DNA of 64,000 nucleotides, from assembly GCA_963835575.1 (NCBI GenBank), contig CAWIGG010000002.1:1184001-1248000 (forward strand). The letters are read 5' to 3'. Position 1 is the first letter of the stretch, and every line of letters starts with the position of its first letter. Made by a program: the position numbers and the translations under genes. Source of the DNA: an uncultured Spirochaetota bacterium (GTDB taxonomy: Bacteria; Spirochaetota; Brevinematia; Brevinematales; JAOACQ01). Shown here one piece after another: positions 9,664 through 19,871 of the stretch. The notes beneath the pieces were generated by a model, which worked only from the letters and a program-made list of their open reading frames with translations, did not search any database and was not told the origin of the DNA.

Positions 9664-10809
9664 TTATAACGCCGCTGAAAATATTTCATGAATTTCATTC
9701 CTGCCGGCTGGGCGCGGCACATAAGATAAAAAATCGTATTGAGAGCCTATCTTTGATGCTTTTTCGATAATTTCCTGATTCACCTGGTATTCAGTGAGCC
9801 TCTGCGGAATATGCAGGTCCATCATAAGCCTTCGTATCGATTCAATGGCCATAATAGCCGCTTCAATAACCGTTATATCCGCGACTTTTTCTCCAAGGGC
9901 CATGGCAACCTGGATAAACCTGTTGGCGGCGGCGGTCAAATTGAATTCCATAACATGGGGAAGAATAACTCCGGAGCTGATCTGCTGCGACAGCTCAGAA
10001 GCCGCGTCCAGACCCATCGCGCATGCCGCTGACATCCCAAGGGAAGAACCATAAATTGATAAAGAGGCCAATAATGTCCCGATACTCAGGTTCCCTTTTA
10101 TTTTTGTATTGGCAGGTTCCAGCACCAGCCTTTTTAAATTGACGCTGAGATACTCGATCGCTTTCAGACTGAGAGCGTCTGAAATAGGCGTCGCTTTCTT
10201 GGAAATATAGGCGTCAAATGAGTACGCGATTGCTTCCAGGCTGGAATAAATCAAATCGTTTAAAGGCACTTCTTCAGTAATGGATGGATCGATTATGAGC
10301 GCTTCCGCATAAGATTCTTTATCTACATACGGCTTTTTGATCTTATCCGTTTCATCAATAACATAGGTTATCGGTAATAATCCCCATGATACGACCTGAA
10401 TGGAAGGAATTTCTATATAACGAACTTTTTTGACGTTTAACTTTTTGGCAGTTTTCTGATCCTCTTTGGTAATTTCCTGTGTGCTGAATTGAGCGATGCA
10501 TTTTGCGACTGACAAAACATTTTCGCCCCCCACGCCTATCACCACATCAGCGCGGCTTGTTTTTGTAATATTAACCCCTTCGAATAATTCTTTTGTATTG
10601 GCATTGGAAGGGACTTCGTAAACTATAATATCATAAGCGTAGCCTTCAATTAATCTTTTAACTTTGCTGGTCAATCCTGTTTCCGATACTTTTTTTTCCG
10701 CTACTATGACGACTTTTTCGCTGTTCGGGCAGGCTATTTCAGAAAGCCTTTGCAGACTTTCCGCTCCGCAGAGTATGTTTGTGGGAACCTGAAACTCTAT
10801 TAAAGACAT
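9664..10809 (-). CDS. Iron-containing alcohol dehydrogenase-fold protein with degenerate active site
   Basis: Fe-ADH-like scaffold (FQVPTNILCG, IIDPSIT, LPHVMEFN, IPQRLTEY), but the GGGS motif and metal-binding His residues are missing. Confidence 0.78.
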   Translation of the reverse strand: MSLIEFQVPTNILCGAESLQRLSEIACPNSEKVVIVAEKKVSETGLTSKVKRLIEGYAYDIIVYEVPSNANTKELFEGVNITKTSRADVVIGVGGENVLSVAKCIAQFSTQEITKEDQKTAKKLNVKKVRYIEIPSIQVVSWGLLPITYVIDETDKIKKPYVDKESYAEALIIDPSITEEVPLNDLIYSSLEAIAYSFDAYISKKATPISDALSLKAIEYLSVNLKRLVLEPANTKIKGNLSIGTLLASLSIYGSSLGMSAACAMGLDAASELSQQISSGVILPHVMEFNLTAAANRFIQVAMALGEKVADITVIEAAIMAIESIRRLMMDLHIPQRLTEYQVNQEIIEKASKIGSQYDFLSYVPRPAGRNEIHEIFSAAL

Positions 10810-11023
10810 GGAATTTCTCCCCTTCGAACATTATTATTTTATCATAACAGAACAGAATAATCTATTATAATAAAGGAATTTACAATATTTATCGGAAGTA
10901 TTTACAAGAAAATAAGAATACTTCTTAAAACTATTTTATATAAAGAGATATGAATAAACCAAAATCAATATTAATATAAGCTGATAACCAGAAAAATATT
11001 TCAACAAATAACAAGAGTGTTGA

Positions 11024-11933
11024 TCAGCCCCTGTTCAAAACAAAAATGATCCCGCTTAAGCTGATAATACTGAAAATGAGAGAAACGAATACAACTTCGC
11101 TTGCAAGTCCGGCATCGCTGTCAAAATGACTTGCAAGGATCGAGCAATAAATAGCTGAAGGCATGGCTATCTGTGTCAGCGTTACTTTAAAATCCAATCC
11201 CTGAATATTAAATAGAATAAGAATAATATAGGCCAGAACCGGCACAATAATCAATTTTATTAGACTGATGATGGAAACGGTAAAAAACTTCTTATCAATA
11301 CGGATTTCTGATAACGTAATCCCCACAAACAGCAGATTGAGCGGAATTACCGCTGTAACCCAGTGACCGTATTGGAAGTATAATCTGTTCAGGAATGGTG
11401 ATCTTAAAATAATTAAGAAAAAGAGCGGCTGAAAAAGCATAAAAAACAGGGACTCTAAGCATCTGCATAAAAGCCTTCTTTTTTGAGCTTTTATCGGAGG
11501 CCGCGACATAAATCCCTACAGTATGAGTATAAAAAATATAAGCTACCATGACAATGGTGCCGATTGTCAACCCTTCTTTGCCGAAAGCGTATTCAGTAAT
11601 AGGAAGCCCGAAATTTCCGGAATTGGTTAAAATCAGGGTCAGAGTCAGAATGACTTTAAAGCTTCTCTCAAAATGAAAGATTTTATCCAGTAACTCAATG
11701 ATTAATATAGTTAAAAAAATGACAAGAGTTATAACAATGAATATCTTAAATGTTGCTGCGGTAAAAAAATTCTGATATTCATATACGGCAACAAAAACAA
11801 GCGCGGGCGTCAGAATATAAATTGATATTATTGAAAAGGCCTTTTTATCCAATGGGAAAAGTTTCCCGATTATATAGCCGGCGGTAAATATAAAGAGAAC
11901 TGGGAATAATACGTTTATAAAAACAGTTATCAT
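11024..11933 (-). pseudogene. AEC (auxin efflux carrier / malate permease) family transporter, frameshifted near 11354
   Basis: N-half has TPALVF and NSGNFGLP; the C-half in another frame has VIPLNLL, KLIIVP and AMPSA. Break at GGT TAC A GCG GTA ATT. May be a sequencing error. Confidence 0.8.
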
Positions 11934-13265
11934 TTAAAATCTCTTTAAATTACTCTTATAATATTTCAAGACATTGGGCTCTTTTCTTATTTCTTTGCCG
12001 ATTCTGATGCTCTTGCAGATTAAGTCCTCAGCTCTTTTCTTTTCAAGCAGATGTATCATATCCGCGGCAAGCTTCTGGGGATGAATCGGATTAATATAGA
12101 TTTTTGTATTGCCTTCAAATCCGGCCGGAGTATGAATCCGGAGTTTTATGCAGATATGCCAGGGCAGATTATAGACTGTATCGATTGGAGCATAATACCA
12201 TTCTTCATTACAAGTTGTCTGGCTTGTAATGACACTATGGACCGCATGAACAAGATTGCTCATACCCCTGATTTCATCTATATTTTGATCAAATGGACGG
12301 CTTTTATCGCTTTTTGAGTAAATGACGATTGTCGGGAACCTATGCCCTATTTCCGCAACAGCGACAGCATAATCATTCTCAGCGATACAAAGTGAATGAT
12401 AAAGACCGAAATTAATTGAAAACTCATTATAAAGATTGGGATTTTTAACGAACTCAGCTATCTCTCTTTCCATCTGGACGCCCCATTCATCCAGACTGAC
12501 CAGCTGTTTATGCAGGTGGTCGAAAGAAGCCCCGGCCGGCCGCAGCCAGTTCTGAAATACGCTGATATAACGGATAAAAGGGTTTTGTTCATAAATATCC
12601 CTTATGCTTTCCACAGTAAAAAGAATATATTGAAAATGTTCATCTTCCGATAATTCGCCTGAAGAACAGAGTTCATGGGAATAAAGCGCGCCTTCCTTGT
12701 AATGCCGCCGGCCGATAATAATATCATGACAGCCGCCGAAAAAAGGGTTCAATTTTTCCAGTTTTTCTTCTAAGGAATAAGAATTGAAATCGATATTGAT
12801 CTTGTTAAATTTATATTCCAGCATAAACAGGGCATGTTCAAGTCCAATGGAAGAATGAAGATACCGGTCCTTCCAGTCCTTGTTTTCTTTAGTCATTTTA
12901 TAGTGATAATTTTTTGTCCAGTAGTCATAAGTAACAATTTCAAAAAGATTACCGAGCCTGCGGAAATCCGCATAAGTTTTATTCATTTCCTCTGGAGCTA
13001 TCTGGTAAATCTTCTGCCAGTTTCCTTTTTCGTCTTTAAAAATCCTCGCTTTTTCAGGAGTGCATAAATGATAATTTACGCTGCAGAAATCACAGTAGTT
13101 TTCAGGCGAGCTGCGCTGAATAGGAACCGGGTTTTCAGGCACGTTATTGATCAGAGGCCCTCTTTTCCTCTCTTCGACGCACCAGACTTCAGTCCCATTA
13201 TACGGATTGATCTGTTTAAGAGTGCCGTCCGGCATTTTGTAATAATATTTATCATAAATCGACAT
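11934..13265 (-). CDS. DUF4921 family, GalT-like HIT-fold nucleotidyltransferase
   Basis: N-terminal MPDGTLKQINPYNGTEVW. FQNW..AGASFDHLHKQ carries the GalT-type HxHxQ motif. Confidence 0.78.
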   Translation of the reverse strand: MSIYDKYYYKMPDGTLKQINPYNGTEVWCVEERKRGPLINNVPENPVPIQRSSPENYCDFCSVNYHLCTPEKARIFKDEKGNWQKIYQIAPEEMNKTYADFRRLGNLFEIVTYDYWTKNYHYKMTKENKDWKDRYLHSSIGLEHALFMLEYKFNKINIDFNSYSLEEKLEKLNPFFGGCHDIIIGRRHYKEGALYSHELCSSGELSEDEHFQYILFTVESIRDIYEQNPFIRYISVFQNWLRPAGASFDHLHKQLVSLDEWGVQMEREIAEFVKNPNLYNEFSINFGLYHSLCIAENDYAVAVAEIGHRFPTIVIYSKSDKSRPFDQNIDEIRGMSNLVHAVHSVITSQTTCNEEWYYAPIDTVYNLPWHICIKLRIHTPAGFEGNTKIYINPIHPQKLAADMIHLLEKKRAEDLICKSIRIGKEIRKEPNVLKYYKSNLKRF

Positions 13266-13362
13266 GGCTTCAATCCTTATTTTATAAATTTAATAAAGAA
13301 GGAAAATTATAAATATGATGCAAAAATAAATCAAAAATAGAGAAAGGCCTGAATTATAAAAT

Positions 13363-13392
13363 AAAGGCGGCGGTTCAAACCGCCGTCTTTTT
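13363..13392. terminator. Hairpin terminator downstream of the TonB-type receptor gene
   Basis: AAAGGCGGCGGTT-CA-AACCGCCGTCTTT. Confidence 0.7.
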
Positions 13393-13419
13393 AGAAAAAT
13401 AATATGTAAAAATCATTAT

Positions 13420-15771
13420 TTAAAACTCAACCCTCATCCCTCCAAGTACCATAAATGGAAAATCCCTGACGGCAACTTTAGACAATTCTCCGTTTTTGAC
13501 CCAGTAAAAGTAATTAATGGTGTTATCATAATTCAGAGAATTGATAAATGATATATAGGATGTGGATTTCACATTCATTCCCAGAAGATTCAGAAGAGAG
13601 AAAAGTGAATAAGGGATTGTTACCGTTAGATCCAGCCTGACTTCCCATGGAGTCAGATCACTATTATATTCCCCATTAAAATAATGATACTGAGTGCCCG
13701 CCTCAGGCGTATCATAGGAAATGAAATTCGTTACAGGGGTGTAAGGCTCTCCGCTCAAAACGCTTAAATCCATGGACAGTTTCCATTCGTTCAAAAAATC
13801 AAGAAATAAAGGTTTATCAGGATTCCTATAATAAGTCATCTCCATTACTGCTGACAACGTATGGCTTCTAAGCCATTCGGGTGTAATCCATTGATTAAGC
13901 GGCGGATTTGATTCATAATCAAATAGAGATGTTGCCGGCGACCTGTCTAATACCTTTGAAGCTAAGTAAACATATGTGTATGAAATCCAGCCCGAAAGCC
14001 AATCTCCCTTCTGCGCTTTCTTCTGTAAATAGATATCACCGCCGTAAGCGTTTCTTATTCCATTGTTATTCCATGTAAGCTGGGAATCATTTTCCCACAT
14101 ATCATAATAATACTTGTAAAAACCCTCCAGGCGGAAAGAATATGCATTGTCGGAATAGTCCATGCCTGTAATCAGGTGATTAACTTTTTGACTCCGGAGG
14201 TTCGGGTTTCCATACTGGCTGTCAACCATCGTAATATCAAGAGGAAACAGGTGATATTCTCCACCTCTCAGGTACAGGTCAAATTCTTTCGTAATCTCCC
14301 ACTTAATGCCTGCCTGAGGATTGAAAGCATATTCATTATTCAGCGAGAAATATTCCTCACGAACCCCAAGTTCCAGGATAAGAGATGGAATAATTTCCCA
14401 GTTATCCTCAATATAGACGCCTCCGTATGTTAGTTTTGTAGAATTGTAAGTCTTAACCATAGAAGTATTCGTCCAAACACCATCTTTTGAAAGGAAATAG
14501 TCATGGTAATCGATGCTGGTTTGCGGATCATCATAGACAATGGTACCTCCAAACTGGATCTTATGCCCTATCATGGAATTCAGATAATAATTGGCGCCGG
14601 ATTGAAATAAATTTTCATTAACACTATCATCAAATGACTGTACCGGGCTTCCGCTTTGTGTATATTGCCCGTAATGGGGTGTGTAGCCTAAAACTGCGTC
14701 AAATGCGTCGCCCGATTCGAAGCGATGGGAGTATCTGGCACTGCCGATAACATTGATGTCCTGGTAAACAAAACGGCCGCTCATGTTTCCTTCCTGTTCG
14801 GGGCCATTGGGATCACCGCTCATGCTCATTTTCATCCCTTCTATTGAACCATAGCCCTCAAAGGTTAAACAATCCCATGGTGTTACATCCCAGTTAATCT
14901 TCAATATTCCATCCATAAGATAAGGATACTGTACTCCTGCCCTCTGGTCCGGCGGCAGGAAATAAGGCATAATGAAGTCATAAAATGTTCGTCTAATATC
15001 AAAAAACACAGTTAAATTGGAGGCAGCCGGCCCTTCCAGCTGTATCTCGGATGTTGCTGTAGACATGTCGATAAACCCTTTCCACTTCTCATTATTACCC
15101 TTTTTTGTTTCCACAGTTACAATTCCCGATAGGCCCTGGCCGTATATGGCAGGATAACCCGCAGTATAAAGATCGATTTCTTCAATGGTATAAGGATTAA
15201 ACATTGATATTCTTCCACCCCAGCGGTTGGGATTCATAATGAACAGCCCGTCCATTTCAGCTACCCATTCATTGTTTTTACCCCCCTGAATATACATACT
15301 GCTGTCGAACATGCTCCCGCTTCCTGACACACCCGGCATCGATTGAAGGGTTTTAACCGCATCCTGAATATAGCCCTGTGAATTTGCCTTTAGTTCTTCC
15401 TGTCTGACAGTCGATTGGGTTGTTACTTTTCCTTTGTTCCTTTTCGACTTAACGGTAATTTCACCCATACTGAATGTCACTTTGTTAATCCTGATCGAGA
15501 CATTTTGATGGCCGCTGTTTATTTCGACCGGCGCGCTGTATTTTTCATAACCAGCCAGAACAGCAATTATAGTGTATTTTCCGTCTGGAATGTTTTTAAA
15601 TATAACCTGCCCATTTTCATCGGCGAGTAAATTTAATTTTAATTCCGTTATCGCAACCGTGGTGTCCGGCAGGGAAATTCTTCCGTCTGTGATTTTTACG
15701 GTCAAATCCCCGGCAAAAAACAATACAGTGCAGCTGAAGTTCAGCAAAAAGATTAGTAATATTTTTCGCAT
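13420..15771 (-). CDS. TonB-dependent receptor-like outer-membrane protein
   Basis: Signal peptide, N-terminal carboxypeptidase-regulatory-like domain, plug (LQSMPGV; IDLYTAGYPAIYG..LSG), beta-barrel and terminal Phe. Confidence 0.82.
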   Translation of the reverse strand: MRKILLIFLLNFSCTVLFFAGDLTVKITDGRISLPDTTVAITELKLNLLADENGQVIFKNIPDGKYTIIAVLAGYEKYSAPVEINSGHQNVSIRINKVTFSMGEITVKSKRNKGKVTTQSTVRQEELKANSQGYIQDAVKTLQSMPGVSGSGSMFDSSMYIQGGKNNEWVAEMDGLFIMNPNRWGGRISMFNPYTIEEIDLYTAGYPAIYGQGLSGIVTVETKKGNNEKWKGFIDMSTATSEIQLEGPAASNLTVFFDIRRTFYDFIMPYFLPPDQRAGVQYPYLMDGILKINWDVTPWDCLTFEGYGSIEGMKMSMSGDPNGPEQEGNMSGRFVYQDINVIGSARYSHRFESGDAFDAVLGYTPHYGQYTQSGSPVQSFDDSVNENLFQSGANYYLNSMIGHKIQFGGTIVYDDPQTSIDYHDYFLSKDGVWTNTSMVKTYNSTKLTYGGVYIEDNWEIIPSLILELGVREEYFSLNNEYAFNPQAGIKWEITKEFDLYLRGGEYHLFPLDITMVDSQYGNPNLRSQKVNHLITGMDYSDNAYSFRLEGFYKYYYDMWENDSQLTWNNNGIRNAYGGDIYLQKKAQKGDWLSGWISYTYVYLASKVLDRSPATSLFDYESNPPLNQWITPEWLRSHTLSAVMEMTYYRNPDKPLFLDFLNEWKLSMDLSVLSGEPYTPVTNFISYDTPEAGTQYHYFNGEYNSDLTPWEVRLDLTVTIPYSLFSLLNLLGMNVKSTSYISFINSLNYDNTINYFYWVKNGELSKVAVRDFPFMVLGGMRVEF

Positions 15772-15920
15772 TTAAAACTCCTATAAAATACATTGATTTT
15801 ATATGAGCAACTATTATACCAAAATAATATTTATATGTAATTCATTATAATATAGATATTTATGATAATATGTTAAGTATAACTAATTGAAAATATCACT
15901 TTTGATATATCAGTAAGGAT

Positions 15921-15962
15921 TAAGGGCAGTTCCAAAAACCATGGTTTTTGGAACTGCCCTTA
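15921..15962. repeat. Perfect 42-bp palindrome (mini-MITE/REP-like family)
   Basis: TAAGGGCAGTTCCAAAAACCA|TGGTTTTTGGAACTGCCCTTA. Related copies at 26498, 26642, 41651 and 50619. Confidence 0.9.
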
Positions 15963-16032
15963 TATTAATTTGTTTATTTTCGCTTATTTTGATACAATAC
16001 TATTTAAATAATTTTATAATACAGGTAACAAG

Positions 16033-18009
16033 ATGTTATATGCTGAAGTGGCAATAAATATACCTCTCGATGACAATTTTTATTATCTCATTCCAGAAGA
16101 TTTAAATGTAAAAAGACTTCAGAGAGTTTTAGTTAATTTTTCAGGAAGGCAGGAAACAGGTTTTGTAATTCAAGTTCATACTCAAGATGAAATCTGTGAA
16201 AAAATAAAAGATATTAACATTAAACCGGTCCTTGAAATTATTGATGAGGACCCTATAATCAATGAGTCGACCCTGGAAATCGCAAGCTGGATGAGTAATT
16301 ACTATTTCTCCACATTTGGTGAAACTCTTTTTGCAATCACTCCTTCGGCAAAAAGATGGAAAAAGTACCGACATTCCTTTCAGTACACCGGCCACCTGGC
16401 GCATCTAAACGATGAGCAGAACTCTGCTCTACAGGAAATCGAATCCGGTCTGGGAAAAAACAAGACTTTTCTTATTCAAGGCATAACAGGCTCCGGTAAA
16501 ACAGAAATCTATAAACATCTTGTTAAAAAAATGCTTTCTCTTGGAAAATCATCCATCATATTAATTCCTGAAATATCCTTGACGCCCCAGACGCTTGAAC
16601 GTTTTTATCAGACCTTCGGCGAAGAGGTCTCGATTTATCACAGCAAGCTCACGCAAAATGAAAAGCTCGGCGAATGGCTGCGCGCATTGCATGGCGAAGC
16701 CAAAGTTGTTATCGGACCCCGGTCCGCCGTATTTATGCCAGTTATCAATTTGGGGCTTATCATCATTGACGAGGAACATGAAACATCCTATAAATCCAAT
16801 AATTCGCCGCGCTATCATGCCCGGCAGGTCGCTTATCACAGAGCGAAAAAAAATAAAGCTGATCTTATCCTGGGATCGGCGACGCCGCAGCTGGAAAGTT
16901 ATTACTATGCCAGAAACAATGTTTTTCATTTAATTGAACTGAAGAAGCGCTACGGCGGGAGTAAATTACCGTCGGTTGAAATAGCCGATTTAAAAAACGA
17001 AGAAAACAAAAATTTTATCACGGAGAAATTCCTTAAAAAAATAATAGAAACGGTAAATCAAAAAAAACAGGTCCTGATTTTTTTAAACCGCCGCGGATTT
17101 TCTCCAGTTCTGATCTGCCGGGACTGCGGCCATACTTTTTTATGCCCGAACTGCAATCTCTCCCTCACCTATCATAAAAGCATCCGGAAAATAACCTGCC
17201 ATCACTGCGGACATGCGGAGTCAATACCTGATATCTGTCCGAATTGCGGCAGTTCCAATTTGAAAGAACTGGGCAGCGGAACCGAAAAGATTGAAAGCAT
17301 TTTATCCAGCCAGTTTCCAGCATACCGTATTGATAGGATGGACCTGGATACTACAAAAAAAAGGGACAGTTATCTTACAATACTTCAAAAAGTCAAAAGA
17401 AAAGAAGTGGATATTCTCATCGGCACACAAATGGTAGCAAAAGGTCATGATATAGCGGGCATACAATTTGTCGGTGTCATTCTTCCAGATATTATGCTCA
17501 ATATTCCTGATTTCCGCTCAGTCGAAAGGACATTTGTTCTTCTTACTCAGGTCATCGGAAGAGCGGGAAGGCGCGATATCCGCGGCGAAGCGATGATCCA
17601 GACCTATCTTCCGGATCATTACGCGATCACTCTGGCCGCCGAACAGAACTACCTTGCTTTTTATCAGAGGGAAATTGAGGTCAGAAAAGCTTTTCTCTAT
17701 CCGCCTTTTGTCAGATTGGGCAGGATTGTTTTCAGGAGCACAAATATTGATAAATTAAAAGCCTTTGTTGAAGAAACTAAAATATGGCTGAAGAAAAATC
17801 CGGCAAACAAAAAGCTGATAATATTCGGCCCTATCAGCTGTCCGCTGGAAAAGTTGAAAAATAATTACAGGTATCATATAATAATTAAATCTCAGGATAT
17901 CAATGAGATAAGTAAATTTATCCAATTAATAAAGACGTTTTTCAAAAAGCTTCCTTATTCCCGTTTTCTTTATATGGAAATTGATATTGATCCTCTCTCG
18001 ATCGTTTAA
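16033..18009 (+). CDS. priA: Primosomal protein N'
   Basis: GITGSGKTE, PEISLTPQ, DEEH, SATP, Cys-rich Zn region and QVIGRAGR. Confidence 0.96.
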   Translation: MLYAEVAINIPLDDNFYYLIPEDLNVKRLQRVLVNFSGRQETGFVIQVHTQDEICEKIKDINIKPVLEIIDEDPIINESTLEIASWMSNYYFSTFGETLFAITPSAKRWKKYRHSFQYTGHLAHLNDEQNSALQEIESGLGKNKTFLIQGITGSGKTEIYKHLVKKMLSLGKSSIILIPEISLTPQTLERFYQTFGEEVSIYHSKLTQNEKLGEWLRALHGEAKVVIGPRSAVFMPVINLGLIIIDEEHETSYKSNNSPRYHARQVAYHRAKKNKADLILGSATPQLESYYYARNNVFHLIELKKRYGGSKLPSVEIADLKNEENKNFITEKFLKKIIETVNQKKQVLIFLNRRGFSPVLICRDCGHTFLCPNCNLSLTYHKSIRKITCHHCGHAESIPDICPNCGSSNLKELGSGTEKIESILSSQFPAYRIDRMDLDTTKKRDSYLTILQKVKRKEVDILIGTQMVAKGHDIAGIQFVGVILPDIMLNIPDFRSVERTFVLLTQVIGRAGRRDIRGEAMIQTYLPDHYAITLAAEQNYLAFYQREIEVRKAFLYPPFVRLGRIVFRSTNIDKLKAFVEETKIWLKKNPANKKLIIFGPISCPLEKLKNNYRYHIIIKSQDINEISKFIQLIKTFFKKLPYSRFLYMEIDIDPLSIV

Positions 18010-18038
18010 CTTTCCGCTAAAAAAGAGGTAAGGTTTTC

Positions 18039-19871
18039 ATGCAGGAACTGGCCTATAAGACTAAAAATAGACTTCTAATCATTTTTATTGTGATATATTC
18101 ACTCGCCGGACTGATTTTCCTCAGGCTGATTTACATTCAGTTGATCCGCGGAAGGGAATATTATAATCAGGCAATGGAAAACAGGACCCAGATCATTAAA
18201 ATTCCCGCCTACCGCAGCGTTATATTTGACAGAAACGGCCAGAATAAGCTGGCTTTCAATAGAAAATCGCTCAGCATCATTGCCACACCGGCATATCTTC
18301 CGGATAATCCGGCTCAAAAATCACAGGTCATTTCCAATACTTCCAAACTTCTTAAGATGTCCATTAATGATATTGAAAGCACTTTAAAAGAAGAGGCTCT
18401 CGATAAATATACCCCCGTAATCCTGAAATATGATGTTGACACAAAAGTGCTTATCCAATTTAAGGAACATTATGAGCTCTATCCCGGTCTGGATTGTGAA
18501 AATAGGCCCAGAAGAATTTATCCTTTAAGAGAAAAAACGGCTCAGCTCATAGGATATACCGGTATTATCAGTAAAGAGGAATTAAAAAAATTAAAATTAA
18601 ATAAAGAATTTCATTTCGGCAGTACAGTCGGAAAAATGGGAATAGAAAAATATTATGACAATATTATAAGAGGCAAAGAAGGTATTCTTGAAAGAGTTGT
18701 CGATGTCAGCGGGAATGTTCTGGAGCAGAATATTGACAAGGAAGCAGTTTCAGGAAATGCGGTATTTTTGACAATTGACCAGGATATCCAGGAATTATGT
18801 TATGATCTTCTTGGGGACAAAACCGGCGCTATAATCGTATCAAAACCGGCCACAGGCGAAATTCTTGCCCTTGTGAGCAAGCCTTCTTTTGATCCGAATA
18901 TTTTTACCGACCGGTTTACCCTGGATGAATTTTTTGTATTAAAAAATAATATTGATAAACCATTCCTCAACAGGGCTATTCAGGGAACATATCCCCCAAG
19001 TTCCATATTTAAACTCATTACGGCTTCAGCGGCTTTAAAAACCGGAGTTCCAATAAATAAAGGGATCAATTGCCCCGGCTATATGCAGATAGGCAACAGG
19101 ATTTTCAAGTGCTGGAATGTGCATCATTATATCAAAAATCTGGTTTCAGGCATTGCTAATTCCTGCGATGTCTATTTCTATACAACCGGATTGACAGTCG
19201 GAAGGGACGAAATTATGTATTTTGCTCAAAATTACGGGATCAATAAAAAAACAGATATAGACCTGCCCGGGGAAAACACAGGACTTCTTCCTGAAATGGA
19301 ATGGTTTAAGAAAAAATATAACCGCCCCTGGCAGAAAGGAGACACGGCTAATATTTCAATCGGTCAGGGCGACCTTCTCATCACTCCTGTTGAAATGAAC
19401 GCGCTCACAATGGCTATCGCAAATGACGGTGTGGTTATGCGGCCTCATATCCTTGAAAAAATTGTCTCATTGTCTGATAATAAAGTGATTACAAACATTA
19501 ACAGTGAGGTCCTCAGGACTATTAATCTGTCAGGCGAGCAGATTGATATACTTAAACAGGGAATGTTCGGCGTGACGACATTCGGTACCGCGCGTTGGCT
19601 GAAATATGCCTCTCCGGTACCGATCGCGGGTAAAACAGGAACCGGCGAAGCGGGCAAGGAACAGGAAACGCACGCCTGGTTTACGGCATTCGCGCCTTAC
19701 GGGGAAACAAACAAGGACGATATGATCGCTGTCACAGTTGTTGTGGAACATGGCGGCGGCGGTTCAGGAGTAGCCGCGCCGATAGCTCTTGAAATCATAA
19801 ATTATTATTTTAAAAATAAAGTGATTTATAAAGTCAAAAAAAATAAAGGTGCCAATAATGCTGAAGGATAG
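18039..19871 (+). CDS. mrdA: Penicillin-binding protein 2
   Basis: N-terminal TM. Motifs SIFK (SxxK), SCD and KTGT. Directly followed by rodA. Confidence 0.93.
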   Translation: MQELAYKTKNRLLIIFIVIYSLAGLIFLRLIYIQLIRGREYYNQAMENRTQIIKIPAYRSVIFDRNGQNKLAFNRKSLSIIATPAYLPDNPAQKSQVISNTSKLLKMSINDIESTLKEEALDKYTPVILKYDVDTKVLIQFKEHYELYPGLDCENRPRRIYPLREKTAQLIGYTGIISKEELKKLKLNKEFHFGSTVGKMGIEKYYDNIIRGKEGILERVVDVSGNVLEQNIDKEAVSGNAVFLTIDQDIQELCYDLLGDKTGAIIVSKPATGEILALVSKPSFDPNIFTDRFTLDEFFVLKNNIDKPFLNRAIQGTYPPSSIFKLITASAALKTGVPINKGINCPGYMQIGNRIFKCWNVHHYIKNLVSGIANSCDVYFYTTGLTVGRDEIMYFAQNYGINKKTDIDLPGENTGLLPEMEWFKKKYNRPWQKGDTANISIGQGDLLITPVEMNALTMAIANDGVVMRPHILEKIVSLSDNKVITNINSEVLRTINLSGEQIDILKQGMFGVTTFGTARWLKYASPVPIAGKTGTGEAGKEQETHAWFTAFAPYGETNKDDMIAVTVVVEHGGGGSGVAAPIALEIINYYFKNKVIYKVKKNKGANNAEG

